Shown piece after piece: positions 48,766 through 60,866 of a stretch of DNA of 64,000 nucleotides. The first letter of the stretch is position 1, and each line of letters starts with the position of its first letter. The DNA lies in NCBI GenBank assembly GCA_965261505.1, contig OZ253448.1:394807-458806 (forward strand). The letters are read 5' to 3'. The position numbers and the translations under genes were made by a program. Source of the stretch: Mycoplasmatales bacterium. Lineage in GTDB: Bacteria > Bacillota_I > Bacilli_A > Mycoplasmatales > Mycoplasmataceae. Under the pieces are notes generated by a model. The model was not told the DNA's origin and searched no databases. It saw only the letters and a program-made list of their open reading frames with translations.

Positions 48766-48932
48766 AATACCTTATAGAATCTAATAAATAAATGCTAAGC
48801 ACTTATCTTTGCTTTATTTTATCTGCTAAAAAATAACCTTAAATTTAAAAATTTAATTTTTAACTTTAAAAATTATAACTTAATTTAATGATTTATTTAA
48901 TAGTTATCAATATTTTATAATTTTAAAAACTT

Positions 48933-50126
48933 TTATTTAGTTTTAAATGCTTTAATTAATCTTGCAACTAATTGTTGGATGTATTCAATGTTAAGCCCAA
49001 TCACCATTCTGACATAAGCCTCTTCTTCACTAATCCCAAAAATAGAACCCATAGCTCCTTTAATTTTAATCGCTGCTAGTTTATCCTCTAGTTGTTCTTC
49101 ATTCAAATGATAATTTTTAAAATTTAATCAAATCAGATTAGTAGCTTGAGAAGGACAAATGATAATGTCTGTTTCTGCTTTAAGTGCCTGAGCAATGTAG
49201 TTATAATTACGTTCTAAAAAACTACAGTATTCATCATGTCACATGTATGCTTCTGGGTACTTATAAGCAGCGATTAACATATGACAGGATAAATAATTAG
49301 AAGATGAATAATGGAAGGAAGCTTCTAGGGACTTATGCATTTTTTCCATAAATTCTTCATTATAAGTCATTGCATAAGCGACCATTAATCCCCCTAAATT
49401 AAAACTCTTGCTTGGAGCATGGATTAAAATCACATCTTTAAAACTTGGATCTACATCTAAAAAGATATGGTGTTCTCCTTGGTTATAAACAACTTCAGAC
49501 CATATTTCATCAGAAATAATAAAGACTTCATATTTTTTAGCTAAAGCAATAATTTTTACTAATTCTGCTTTAGACCAAATACGGTTAACTGGATTATGAG
49601 GACTACAAAAAATGATGGCTTTTGTTTTTGGGTCGCTAAATTGTTTTTCTAATAAAGCAAAATCAATTTCATAACTACCATCTTCATTTTGCACCAGAGG
49701 ATTAATTAGTAATTCTAACTCTTTATCTGGAACAATATGTAAAAAAGGTGGATAAGCAGGAGTCATCACCACCACTTGCTCTGATTTTTTACAAATAGCA
49801 TCAAGAGCTACTTGAATTAATTGCACTACGCTACTGCCAAAAATTACTTGTTCTTCTTCAAATTCACGCTGGTGATGGTTATGGAACCATTTGTTAACTG
49901 CTTTAAGCATTTTTTGGTCAAAGAAAGCATAAGAAAGATCCCCATTATTTATAACTTTATGCAAGTATTGCTTAATAATATCTGCAAACTGAACATCAGA
50001 GTCTGCTACGCTTAAACATAATTCATCTGGATCTTTTTGTTCTTTATAACGGCGACTTTCTTGTTGAAAAGAAAGAAATTCATGGTTATCTTTTAAGAGG
50101 TGTAATGATTTTTTTTTATCACTCAT
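48933..50126 (-). CDS. PLP-dependent aminotransferase / C-S lyase (PatB/MalY-like)
   Basis: ..HAPSKSFNLGG.. PLP-lysine motif. Extends through TGA 49239 to TAA 48933-48935. Confidence 0.82.
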
Positions 50127-50137
50127 ATCTGTTATCC

Positions 50138-50632
50138 TTATTGTTTAGTTAATTCTTTATATTCTTTTTCTACCATTTTTTTTATTAGTTTATTATTAAA
50201 GCGGTTCATCACCATAATTATTTTAGGCCTGATTAAGCTTTTAATTTTAGTCGGAATTAATTTTTCTTCTTGGTATTTAATAATATTGATAATTTTAATA
50301 TAAACAATCACTAATGTGATTAAAGTAGCAATTCAATTAGGAAGAATCACTGTTAAATTAGAAAAAAGACTGGTATTAAAATTAGAAGTACCAATATTAT
50401 TAGTCACTGAAATAATTCCCCATAAGATTCAAGAGCAATTAGCACAGCAATAAAAAACATACATTCATAAAGAAATTCCTTTTGTGTTTCTGGTTTTAAA
50501 AACCTTAAGTGATTGAGGTAAAAATGCACAAATAGATAAAGCCCCTGCAATTCAACCAATAATATGACCGATAGTAGAGGCATCATTTTTAAAAAGTTCT
50601 TCGCTAATTTTACTAAATAAGAGAGCTGTCAT
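50138..50632 (-). CDS. PQ-loop (SemiSWEET-like) membrane protein, paralog 2
   Basis: ..GWIAGALSICAFLPQSLKVFKTRNTKGISLWMY.. with three predicted TMs plus a basic tail. The frame differs from track ORF 50404..50586. 495 nt, TAA at 50138-50140. Confidence 0.7.
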
Positions 50633-51026
50633 CCTTAACCTTCTTTGCTGTTGACTTGTTATTAGCTAAAGCTTTTATTGGTTCTTCTGCTTTAACTTTA
50701 GCTCCCCTGATTGATTCTTTTAATTTCACAATGTTTACTATCTTGACATACAAAACAAAGGAAGAAAAGAAAATGGTACTAGCATAAGCAATACTTAAAG
50801 TAAGCCCTCAAACTAAATAATTATTCCCTGTTCTTAAAGCAGGAACAGTTAAAGACATAATTCCAAAAACTAACCATAAGCAATTAGCAGATGTAAAAAT
50901 AACAAAAGTCCATAAAGAAATGTTACCAGTCATTCTATGTTTTAAGGTTTTAATACTTTGAGGAATAATAGTAACAATAGAGAAAAAAGCGGCAAGATAA
51001 CCAAAAATGTCAGCTGCTATAAGCAT
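50613..51026 (-). CDS. PQ-loop (SemiSWEET-like) membrane protein, paralog 1
   Basis: ..FGYLAAFFSIVTIIPQSIKTLKHRMTGNISLWTF.. with three predicted TMs. Continues through TGA 50808 to TAG 50613-50615. Overlaps paralog 2 by 20 nt. Confidence 0.7.
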
Positions 51027-51087
51027 ATGAACTTAAGAAGAATTATTACTTTAATAAATAATAACCTTATTGTAACTTTTTTATAAA

Positions 51088-52002
51088 TTAATCTAAAGTT
51101 GTTTGAAGATAGATTAAGTTATGACTTTTGCATAAAGCCATGCTTGAATTTAATTGATAGCAATGCATTTTTTTATTAGTTTGCATTTGTTTAGTAATTT
51201 CAAAAATAACCTTTGCTTTTTTAGTAACAAGTCAGGCTTGCATGTGTTTTTTTAAATAATAAAAGATAATTCTTTGCTGGTTAAAATTAGACAATTGCTT
51301 TCACGCCTGATAATCAATCCCTTGTGATGTCATAAAATCTTTATAACAAAGCTTAGCTAAGTTTTTGTTTTTTTCTATAATTTCTAAGGCAAGGCTATTT
51401 AAATCAAGGGTTGATAAGGATTTTCGAATAACATTTCTTTCATATAAGTCTGATGCGTTTGAAGCATCTATCATAAAGGGGATCCGATGTTGTTTTAAAT
51501 ATTTTTCAATAGCTTTTCTTTTTACATCAAGCATAGGTCTAATAATAGTTATTTTTTGATAAGTACTAGTAGGGCGTAACCCATAGTAGTTTGTAATAAC
51601 TTGACGTTTTTTTTGCAGTAAGTAAGTTTCAATGTGATCAGAAAAATTGTGAGCTAAAATAACGCCACAAGCTTTTACTTTTTTTGCTACTGAAGCAAAA
51701 AAATCATATCTTATATAGCGGGCTATACTTTGAAAATTAGTTTTTTGCATTTTTTGTTTGTAAAGAAGGTACATAGCAGGAGTAACTTTTTTAACCATAC
51801 AAACAAGATTGTTTTTTAAGCAAAACTCTTGAACCATTGCTACTTCTTTTTTGCTAGCAATACGTTTTTGATAATCTACACAAGCTACAGTAAGGTATCC
51901 AAACCCTTTGTTTAAGAGTTGGGCAAGCAAAAACATACTATCAGGTCCTCCTGAAACTGCTACTACATAGTTTTTTTGTTTGTTAAGAAAATGTGCTTGC
52001 AT
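51088..52002 (-). CDS. tilS: tRNA(Ile)-lysidine synthase
   Basis: ..VAVSGGPDSMFL.. PP-loop. Extends through TGA 51301 to TAA 51088-51090. Confidence 0.9.
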
Positions 52003-52008
52003 TTTAAA

Positions 52009-52677
52009 TTAGGCAAAATTAACTTGAAGATTTAAAACAAAACTAATGCCTAGTACATAATCATTAATTTGCATTTTTACAGAAGCAGGACTAGTACTTA
52101 GTTCGGTGTGACTAAAAGTTAAGAGACCAGGGAAACTAAGGGAAGGACTATACTTAGTATGGTCCACAAAATAACTAATAATTTTACTTGCGTTGTCTAC
52201 ATTATCTGCATACTTTGATGCTCCCTGAGCAGGAGCTGCAATGGTGATTAACTCTTTTTGAAGGGGGAGTAATTTTTGATTAATTAAAAAAGCTTGAGAA
52301 GGAGTTAAAAAAATTTTTAAAGTAGTAGAAGCCTGTTGGTCATTAATCACACTAGTTACTTTCACATTGATAGTTTTGCCTTCTTGTAATTGTTGTTGAC
52401 TGCTAAATTTTAAGCTTAAAAGGTCTTCTTTATTTAATTCATAATTCACAAGCAATAAGGAATTAGCAATACTTTTAGTAATAAGAGGGTTTTTAGCCAC
52501 AGAAGGGTTCTCTAAAAAAGCCCTTTTAACAGGTAGAGTCACATTATGGTTTTTAATTCGTTCAATTACTTGTTTCGCTTCTGCTGCAGGGAGCGAAACT
52601 TGTTCACAAGCAACAACGGCACTACTGGTTGCTGCTAAACTTAAAATTGATAAAAAAGCAAGAATTTTTTTACGCAT
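52009..52677 (-). CDS. Lipoprotein (modular family)
   Basis: MRKKILAFLSILSLAATSSAVVAC. Intact 222 aa. Confidence 0.85.
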   Translation of the reverse strand: MRKKILAFLSILSLAATSSAVVACEQVSLPAAEAKQVIERIKNHNVTLPVKRAFLENPSVAKNPLITKSIANSLLLVNYELNKEDLLSLKFSSQQQLQEGKTINVKVTSVINDQQASTTLKIFLTPSQAFLINQKLLPLQKELITIAAPAQGASKYADNVDNASKIISYFVDHTKYSPSLSFPGLLTFSHTELSTSPASVKMQINDYVLGISFVLNLQVNFA

Positions 52678-52754
52678 TAAAACTTCACTTAATGTTTATT
52701 AATTAAATGATTATTATATGTTAATTTTAACACGCTTGACAAAAAAGGATAAAA

Positions 52755-55007
52755 TTATGGACTATAAGGAGTGTTGTAACTTCCAAGGATTAAGCCTGAA
52801 GCAGACATAAGATAAAGGTCGTTACTATTTAGTCTATTTTCAAGACCTCAAATAATGTTTTTATTTTGGGTTTTTAATGATGGATAAGCGATATAATCTG
52901 AACTAAAACTTCCGTCTCCTTGTAAGGTTAAAACTCCTAAACTTCTTGCTAAAGGTCTAACAGAAGTATCAACTGATGCTATAAAGAGACGCTGATTATC
53001 TTGGTTACTATCAGTAAACGCATTATACATAAAACCATATTTTTGTAAATTTGCAGAAAAAACAGGATTTGTATTAACAGTTAATTTATTTTCACTATTA
53101 ATAGTTAAAGCATAAATAAATCTATCTGTTAGGTAATAAACTATTCCAGCAGAAGTATAAATAATTTTAGTAGGACTTGAACTTAAGGCAGAAGCGTTAG
53201 TAACAGTAGTGGTAAAGCTTCCTGATGCTTCCTTGGTTAAAAGAAAAACATAGGTACCATAACTTGCTGCTACAGTGGATCCATCATTGCTTACACTAAT
53301 ACTGGAAAGGTCGTAATTACTTTCATAACGGCTTCAAGTTTGGGCACTTCCATCATAAACATAAAGTCCTTTCCCTTCATCTTGCGATCCTCCTGCATAC
53401 ATAACAAAGAGATCACCATTATTTGCTAGCACCATTTGTTCTATGTTAATGTTAGCAGGAACTGCAGCATGATCAAGTTTTGTAAAGCTGTAAGAACCAT
53501 CTTGTTCTCTAATTCCTTTATAAATATAATAATTACTTCCCTCTATAGTTTTAACATAGATAGTCTGATTATTATCAGCCATGGCAGAATATTGAATTTG
53601 AGCTTGACTTGGAATCCCAGTTATAGATAAAGGACTAAAAGTTCATGCTGGTTTTTGGTTAGGTGGGTTACTATTAGTTCCTTTTTGTAATTGGTTTACA
53701 CTTTGAAACCTATCGAACGTTGCAATAGCTGTTTTATCATCAAAAGTTTTAAATTGTTTAATAGAGAAAGAGGTACCACTTACAGAGCTGAAAGTATACT
53801 CTTGATCTACTCCAATGTTAAGTTTAACATTTGTAGTACTTCCTTCTTTATTAATAGTAGCTGTAACAGTAGTATTAATGCCTGGAGTTAATGTTTCATT
53901 ACTAAAGCTAATTTTGCTTAAATCATCATTAGTAAGAAGTGGGTTTTCTTTTTTTAGATTCCCTTTAATAAGATTGATAGTATTAACATTAGTAGTACTA
54001 GTTGGTGATTTAAAAGGTAAAGAAAGAGAGCTATTAGCTATTTTATTAGCAATTTTTTGAGCTGGAGAAAAATCAACATTAACAGTTATTGCTAATAAAG
54101 CAGTAGATTTATCTTGGGCTTGAATTTCTAATTGAATTTTTTGATTATGAGAATCAATAACAGTTTTTTCAAAATGAAAAGTATCTATATCTGTCTGTGT
54201 TAAAGTAGGATTATTACTTTTTAGTTCTGTTTTTAGCTGATTAATAACAGCAGGATTAGAAGTATCAGGACTAGCTGAATAAGGAATTATAACACTAGGA
54301 TTAGTTATTTTATTAGCTATTTTTTGAGCTTCTCCTGTTTTATATTGAACATTAATAGTAAAGTTATAAGTAATTTTGATAGGACCAGTAATAAAAACAT
54401 TAACTTTAGTAGGTGTATTAACATTAATAGAACTAGAAGCATCTTGATTACTAAAAGTTAGCATATCTCTAATATCACTAATTGGTAGACCAGATTCAAT
54501 CGCTAAATAACTACTTAACGCAACTGAAACATCTGGGTCAGATGCCTTGGTAGCACTATTAGGTTCAATGAAAATTGTTGTGTCACTTAATTTAATAACG
54601 CTGTCATATAATTTCGTAGCTAATGATTCTGTTAAGGTAACCTTAATATTTTTAGAAGCAGATTGCCCATCCAAAGTACTTGTTACTGTTACATCAACAG
54701 GAACGCCTTCAGCTAATGGCTCTTCTGCTGTAAATGTTAGAGTTTCTAAATCTCCTATACTTAATTCACTATTTGAAAAAGCTAATTGAGCTTTAATAGC
54801 TACAGGTAATAAAGAATTACCACTTATATCTGAATTTTCAAAAAAATTAAGAGTAATGGGAATATCTATCTCTGTGGTTTTTATTTTTTTTAAAACTTCT
54901 TCAGCTGAATTTGCATTCTCTTGTTGAGCGTTATCACAAGCAACAACTGTTGTTGCTGATGTTCCTAAAATCAGCAAAGAAGAAAACAATGATAAAAGTT
55001 TTTTCAT
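52755..55007 (-). CDS. 750-aa lipoprotein: family modules plus a C-terminal repeat-rich (beta-propeller-like) domain
   Basis: MKKLLSLFSSLLILGTSATTVVAC. Track ORFs 53643..55007, 53334..53582 and 52848..53030 are in one frame joined by TGAs. TAA at 52755-52757. Confidence 0.85.
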
Positions 55008-55090
55008 TTATACTTTTCTCTTTCTTTACTTTTATTTTCTTTATTTAATAATAACATTTTGAAGCTATAATTCCTTTATCTATAAAGGCT

Positions 55091-55789
55091 TCATATTTCT
55101 TCACGAAAAGTTCCGTTTTTATTGTGAATAATTAAGGGTCTTATAATTTTTAAACTAGTGTTACTTTGATAACGGGCTTCTAACAAAAAAGTTTGGGCAG
55201 GTTTATCAAAATGAGAGTGAATAAATTGAACTCTAGAGACAGCAAAATTATGGGATTCTAATAAATCCATCACTTCTTTAAAACGCTCTACTCGATGAGT
55301 TAAACAAAAATATCCTTTATTATTAATATTTTTTTTAACACTAATAATTAATTGTTCTAAAGTTAAATTAATTTCATGACGAGCAATTTTACTTAAATCA
55401 TTTTTTGTTTTATTAAACCTTTTACTAAGGTCAAAAAAGGGAGGATTACATACGATGAGATCAAATTTTTTTCCTTTAAAATCATAAATCCTTACATCTC
55501 CTTCTAAAACTTCAATTTGAAGTTCTTTATTATTAAAGCTAATGTTCTTTTTAGCTAATAAAACAGCCTGGGGTTCTATTTCTAAAGCATAAATAAATTT
55601 AGAACTGTTGGTAGCCATAATTAAACTAATAATTCCATTATTAGTGCCTATTTCTAAAATGTTATTCCCTCTGTTTTTAAAAAGGATAAAATTTGCTAAA
55701 AGCACACTTTCTAAAGAAAAATTAAACATCTCAGGATCCACTAAAAGTTTAAGCCCTTTATATGAAAAAACCCTACTAAGATGTTCCAT
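55091..55789 (-). CDS. SAM-dependent N6-adenine methyltransferase (TrmN6/YfiC-like)
   Basis: ..ILEIGTNNG.. SAM motif and ..VCNPPFF.. catalytic motif. Intact 232 aa. Confidence 0.82.
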   Translation of the reverse strand: MEHLSRVFSYKGLKLLVDPEMFNFSLESVLLANFILFKNRGNNILEIGTNNGIISLIMATNSSKFIYALEIEPQAVLLAKKNISFNNKELQIEVLEGDVRIYDFKGKKFDLIVCNPPFFDLSKRFNKTKNDLSKIARHEINLTLEQLIISVKKNINNKGYFCLTHRVERFKEVMDLLESHNFAVSRVQFIHSHFDKPAQTFLLEARYQSNTSLKIIRPLIIHNKNGTFREEI

Positions 55790-55792
55790 TAA

Positions 55793-56608
55793 TTATAGAT
55801 TTAAAGCTCTATTAACATTAATACCTCATGCTTCTAAACTTAATGCTTTGTTACAATTAGTATTTAATCTACTCTCTAATATTAAAGTGTTTTTTAAACA
55901 TGCTCTTCTTGCAGATAAACTTAATAATTTATTCATATTACTGCTAAAAAATAATTTTAATTCCTTAATAAATAGTTTAAGCTTAGCTAATTCTAATTTT
56001 TTTAATTCCTGAATTAAAAAATAGTTTTTATCTAATTGCTTAATTTCAATATTTTTTATAAGCTTTAATATAAGAGGGTTTTTAAAATTTTCTTTTTGTT
56101 TTTTTTGATTACTAAAACTCATAACAGCACATCTAGAGTAAAAAGTTGGAAGGACATTATTAATGTTAGTAGTAAGAAAAACTCCATAAACATTATCTGG
56201 TTCTTCTTCTAAAAACTTTAGCATACTATTTACAGCAGCACTACTAATTAAATCAATCCCTTTAATAAGATAAATTCTTAAATTTCCTACTAAACTAGTT
56301 TGATTTAATTCTGTAATAAGTTGTTTAATTTGTTCTTTTTTAATTTTGTTTCAAAAATCTCCAATGGTAAAAAGATCTTGATGGCTATTATTTTCTATAA
56401 TTGAATGTACTTTATTTGTACAATTATTAAAGCTATGATGATTGCATAATAAGTTGTTGATTATAAAGGAACTGATTTCACATAATTTCTTCCTACTACG
56501 ACAAGATAAAATAACCTTATTAGGAAAGTGTTTATCCTTTATTTTTTTAAAAATAGTTGCTAATTTTTCTTTATCAGAATACTTATCTATAATTTCTTCT
56601 TTAATCAT
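55793..56608 (-). CDS. holB: DNA polymerase III delta' subunit
   Basis: Track ORFs 56351..56608 and 55826..56224 share a frame. ..AAVNSMLKFLEEEP...FLTTNINNVLPTFYSRC.. Extends through TGA 55826 to TAA 55793-55795. Follows tmk. Confidence 0.8.
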
Positions 56609-57237
56609 GGTTGTAAATGGTGGATAACTTTTTCTACAATATTTTTAATGCTATCTTCTGCGTTAATAATAATAAAATTACGATCTGAATCCTTAATAAT
56701 CTCTTCAAATCCTAACAGCACTTTTTGATGAAAAAAGAGCACTTCTTGATCAATTCTGTTTATTTCTTCTGGCTTTTTTTGCTTGGATCTCTTTTGGGCT
56801 TCTGTTGCACTTAAACGAAAATAAAAAGTTAAATCAGGTTTTGGCATTCCTAAAATATCTGTTTGAATTTCTTTAAGTTTATCAACACTTAATCCCCTCC
56901 CGTGTCCTTGGTAGGCAATAGTAGAATCATAATAACGATCGCAAAGAACTAAACCATTTGGAGCTTTTACAAAAAAAGGATAAATTTCTTTTTTTAAAAG
57001 TTGGTTACGTGAAGCTATATAAAGTAAAGCTTCTGTTCAGGCATCTATCTCATTAGTAGGATTATTAAGAATAACCTCTCTAATTTTTTCACTTATTTGG
57101 TTACCACCTGGTTCCCTAGTAAAAAGAAGAGAATTAATCTCTTTTTGAGAATAACTTTCATTAATAAAAGTTTTTATTAAATTCATAATGGTAGTCTTAC
57201 CAGAACCATCAATTCCTTCAAAAGTTATAAAAGCCAT
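56587..57237 (-). CDS. tmk: Thymidylate kinase
   Basis: MAFITFEGIDGSGKTT P-loop. Fragments are in frame. The apparent stop at 56605 is TGA and the true TAG is at 56587-56589. Confidence 0.92.
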
Positions 57238-57367
57238 AAAATACTATTTTATTCTAATAATTATTACACTTTTAATAAGTTTAACATTCTTTTTAAACCT
57301 AATTATTTAATAATAAAGGAACTTTTAATCAAAAATTTATTATTAATTTTGTTATTAATTTTAAAGA

Positions 57368-58646
57368 TAGATTAGCCTAGTTGATCCCAACACTCCCCTA
57401 AGGAGTGAACATGAAACATTTTACATTTGAAACAAAAATTAAATGAACTGAAGCGTACCTAAAAGCTAAAAAGAAAAACCTTATTATTAAAAGCTTTTTA
57501 AATGTATATCAATATCGTTATAATAAAGGTTATAAACAAGCATTAAGATGTGCCTGAACTAATCTTTATTTATGAAGTAGAATTTATGAAAAGTATGGAT
57601 CATGAGCTTTGCAAAGAATGAACAAAAATAAAAGACGAAAACCAGATAGTATTACTAAACTTAATAAGAATGATTTACAGATTTATCAGGAAATCATGGA
57701 GGCAGTTTTAGCCAAAAAGGGAGTAACTCCTGAAGACATTGCTAAAGAATTTCGAAAAAGAAAAGAAGAAATTGCTAATAAAAAGCAAAGTGCTGGTTGT
57801 ATAAGCATTAATCGCTGTGCTGCTTATTACCAACCTCGTCCTAGAAACAAAAGAGTAAAAATTAATCCTTGGGTTTTACAAAAAATTCAAGCAATTATTG
57901 CATTCAGTGATTACACGATTGGGCGAGATAAAATTGTTGCTATGATTCAAAATATGTATCACAACACACCATTAAAGCTAAATACTTATTTAGTTCGCCA
58001 ACATATCCAATATCTTAAATACAAGTCAAGAATACATACCAAAAACCATTATCGTCCTAGAGAGAAAAAGCTAAAAGCAGAACTATTTGCTGATTTGATC
58101 CAAGGAAAATTCAAAAGCACAACATATAATGAAGTTTGATACACTGATGTCTCGTACATTCCGATAAATAAAAGATTTTACTTCTTATCAATCATGATTG
58201 ATGGATTTAATAACGAAATTGTTGGTTGATCAATTAGCAGAACTAATGACACCAAATTAGTTATAGATTCATTTAAAAAGGCTTTAATCTATAGAAATAA
58301 TCAACCTCCTAAAATAATCCATTCTGACCATGGTGTGCAATATGGAAGCAATATATACATTGGATTAATGAATGACCTTGGAATAAAAATATCAATGTCT
58401 CCAAAAGGTGATTCATTAGCTAATCGTCCTGCTGAATTCTTCTTTTGCAATATTAAACGAGAAAAAATAAGAATCCACAAGCCTAAAAACTATTCAGAAC
58501 TAATAGCATTAGTTACTGAATATATTGATTGATATAATTTCAGACGTGTACAAAAAAATCTAAATTACCAATCTCCTTTTTTCTACAAGTAACAATTTTT
58601 AAATAACAAAAAAGCCAAAAGTGTTGGGATCAACTAGGCTAATCTA
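57368..58646 (+). mobile_element. Intact IS3-family insertion sequence (1279 bp)
   Basis: Perfect 27-bp terminal inverted repeats: tagattagcctagttgatcccaacact (57368..57394) and its complement at 58620..58646. They enclose a single transposase ORF. Confidence 0.9.
57411..58592 (+). CDS. IS3-family DDE transposase (single 393-aa ORF)
   Basis: aggag RBS at 57401. Track ORFs 57609..58139 and 58335..58532 are in the same frame as ATG 57411. DDE triad context WYTDVSY / IIHSDHGVQY / NRPAEFFF...K. Confidence 0.9.
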
Positions 58647-58700
58647 ACATAAAAAGCTAATTTATGAATTGATAATAAGCAAATAAAAAATAATTATTTT

Positions 58701-59204
58701 TTAATCCCCTTCAATGTAAAAAGGACGAGGGTGATCTTTTGTAAATCCTAGTATTGGTAAATACATTTCACTAAGGGTAGGCTTATTATAAATAATTGTT
58801 ACTGGTTTATAAGAAACATAAGGAATTAGTGACTCCACAAGTCCCCCCATATTACTTCACTCTTGATTTAAAGTTGAAGTTACTAGATCGCTCTTCCAAT
58901 CAGAGGGTGGCATTTGCTTTCTACCTGCAATATTAATTATAAGAGGATCTGTTTTAGAAGCATGTGACGGGTCATCTAAAAATTTTTTTTGGGGACTATA
59001 GTCTATAACTAATTTTTCAGCAAATTTTACTTTAATATCTGGAATTATTATAGCAGGTATTATTTTATTTTCTTTAATAGGGTTTTCTATAGGATAAAGA
59101 GGAATAGGAGGCTCTTTCTTTTCGCTACAACCACTAACAACATTAGCTAAAGGACTAAAAAGTGCTATAACAGTTATTAAAGATAAAATTTTTCTCATAA
59201 TCAT
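58701..59204 (-). CDS. Small lipoprotein, array copy 1
   Basis: MIMRKILSLITVIALFSPLANVVSGC. Track ORF 58857..59204 reads through TGA to TAA 58701. C-terminus ..WSNMGGLVESLIPYVSYKPVTIIYNKPTLSEMYLPILGFTKDHPRPFYIEGD. 167 aa. Confidence 0.85.
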
Positions 59205-59255
59205 TTTTAATTAAATTAACATAGTTTATTAAATTATATAAAAAACTAAAATAAT

Positions 59256-59735
59256 TTACTCCCCATAGATGTAAAAATATCGAGGGCGGTCTTTTGTAAA
59301 ACCTAATATCGGTAAATACATTTCACAAAGAACCAAGTGGTTAGGAACAATTGTAACAGGTTTAAAGCTTACTAGAGGATATAACTCTGTACTTAGCCCT
59401 CCTAGTGATCTTCATACATCCTTTAAATCTTCAGCTACATTATCTTTAGGTCAATCCTTTGCTAAAATAGCCTCAGAATTATGAATAAGGTATGGTATAG
59501 GTGATTGTTGTGAACCATTTAAAGGATTATTTAAAACTTTTTTTTCAGAACTATAGGTTCTAACTAATGTAATAGCATATTTTGTTTTAATGTCTGGAAT
59601 TATTATAGCAGTTTCTTTAATAGGATATGGAGGTACATAAGGTAATTGCTTTTCGTTACAACTACTAACAACACTAGCCAAAGGGCTAAAAAAGGCTATA
59701 ACAGTTATTAAAGATAAAATTTTTCTCATAATCAT
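59256..59735 (-). CDS. Small lipoprotein, array copy 2
   Basis: ..VVSSCNEKQLPYVPPYPIKE.. Reads through two TGAs to ..VLCEMYLPILGFTKDRPRYFYIYGE. 159 aa. Confidence 0.85.
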
Positions 59736-59783
59736 TTTTAATTAGATGAACATAGTTTATTACATTATATAAAAACAAACAAT

Positions 59784-60287
59784 TTAATCACCTTCAATGT
59801 AAAAAGGGCGTGGATTCGCTTTTGTAAAACCTAACAAAGGAAGATACATTTCACTCTTGGTAGGTTGATTATAAATGATTGTTACTGGTTTATAAGAAAC
59901 ATAAGGGATTAGTGAATCTACAAGTCCTCCAAGATCGCTTCAATCTAGATTTAATAGCGTAATTATTTGCTTTATCTGTCATTCAGAAGGCAGAATTTGT
60001 TTGTTAAATCCTACAGAAATTGTGATAGGGTCTGTTTTAGAGACATTTGAGAAGTCATCCAAAAAATTTTTTTGAGGGCTATAATCTATAACTAATTTTT
60101 CAGCAAATTTTACTTTAATATCTGGAATTATTATAGCAGGTATTATTTTATTTTCTTTAATAGGGTTTTCTATAGGATAAAGAGGAATAGGAGGCTCTTT
60201 CTTTTCGCTACAACCACTAACAACATTAGCTAAAGGACTAAAAAGTGCTATAACAGTTATTAAAGATAAAATTTTTCTCATAATCAT
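59784..60287 (-). CDS. Small lipoprotein, array copy 3
   Basis: N-terminal half identical to copy 1, distal half different. C-terminus ..KSEMYLPLLGFTKANPRPFYIEGD. 167 aa. Confidence 0.85.
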
Positions 60288-60338
60288 TTTTAATTAAATT
60301 AACATAGTTTATTAAATTATATAAAAAACTAAAATAAT

Positions 60339-60818
60339 TTACTCCCCATAGATGTAAAAATATCGAGGGCGGTCTTTTGTAAAACCTAATATCGGTAAAT
60401 ACATTTCACAAAGAACCAAGTGGTTAGGAACAATTGTAACAGGTTTAAAGCTTACTAGAGGATATAACTCTGTACTTAGCCCTCCTAGTGATCTTCATAC
60501 ATCCTTTAAATCTTCAGCTACATTATCTTTAGGTCAATCCTTTGCTAAAATAGCCTCAGAATTATGAATAAGGTATGGTATAGGTGATTGTTGTGAACCA
60601 TTTAAAGGATTATTTAAAACTTTTTTTTCAGAACTATAGGTTCTAACTAATGTAATAGCATATTTTGTTTTAATGTCTGGAATTATTATAGCAGTTTCTT
60701 TAATAGGATATGGAGGTACATAAGGTAATTGCTTTTCGTTACAACTACTAACAACACTAGCCAAAGGGCTAAAAAAGGCTATAACAGTTATTAAAGATAA
60801 AATTTTTCTCATAATCAT
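60339..60818 (-). CDS. Small lipoprotein, array copy 4 (identical to copy 2)
   Basis: Offset exactly 1083 bp from copy 2 with an identical translated ORF. Confidence 0.85.
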
Positions 60819-60866
60819 TTTTAATTAGATGAACATAGTTTATTACATTATATAAAAACAAACAAT

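Noticed and set aside
50404-50586. Track ORF MMPLLSVILLVELQGLYLF...
   Set aside because: Wrong frame. The overlapping frame encodes a PQ-loop motif (FLPQSLKVFKTRNTKGISLW) paralogous to the neighbouring gene and stays open for 164 codons.
57361-58655. Target-site duplication flanking the IS
   Set aside because: The flanking bases (..ttaaaga | acataaa..) do not form a convincing 3-4 bp direct repeat, so none is claimed.
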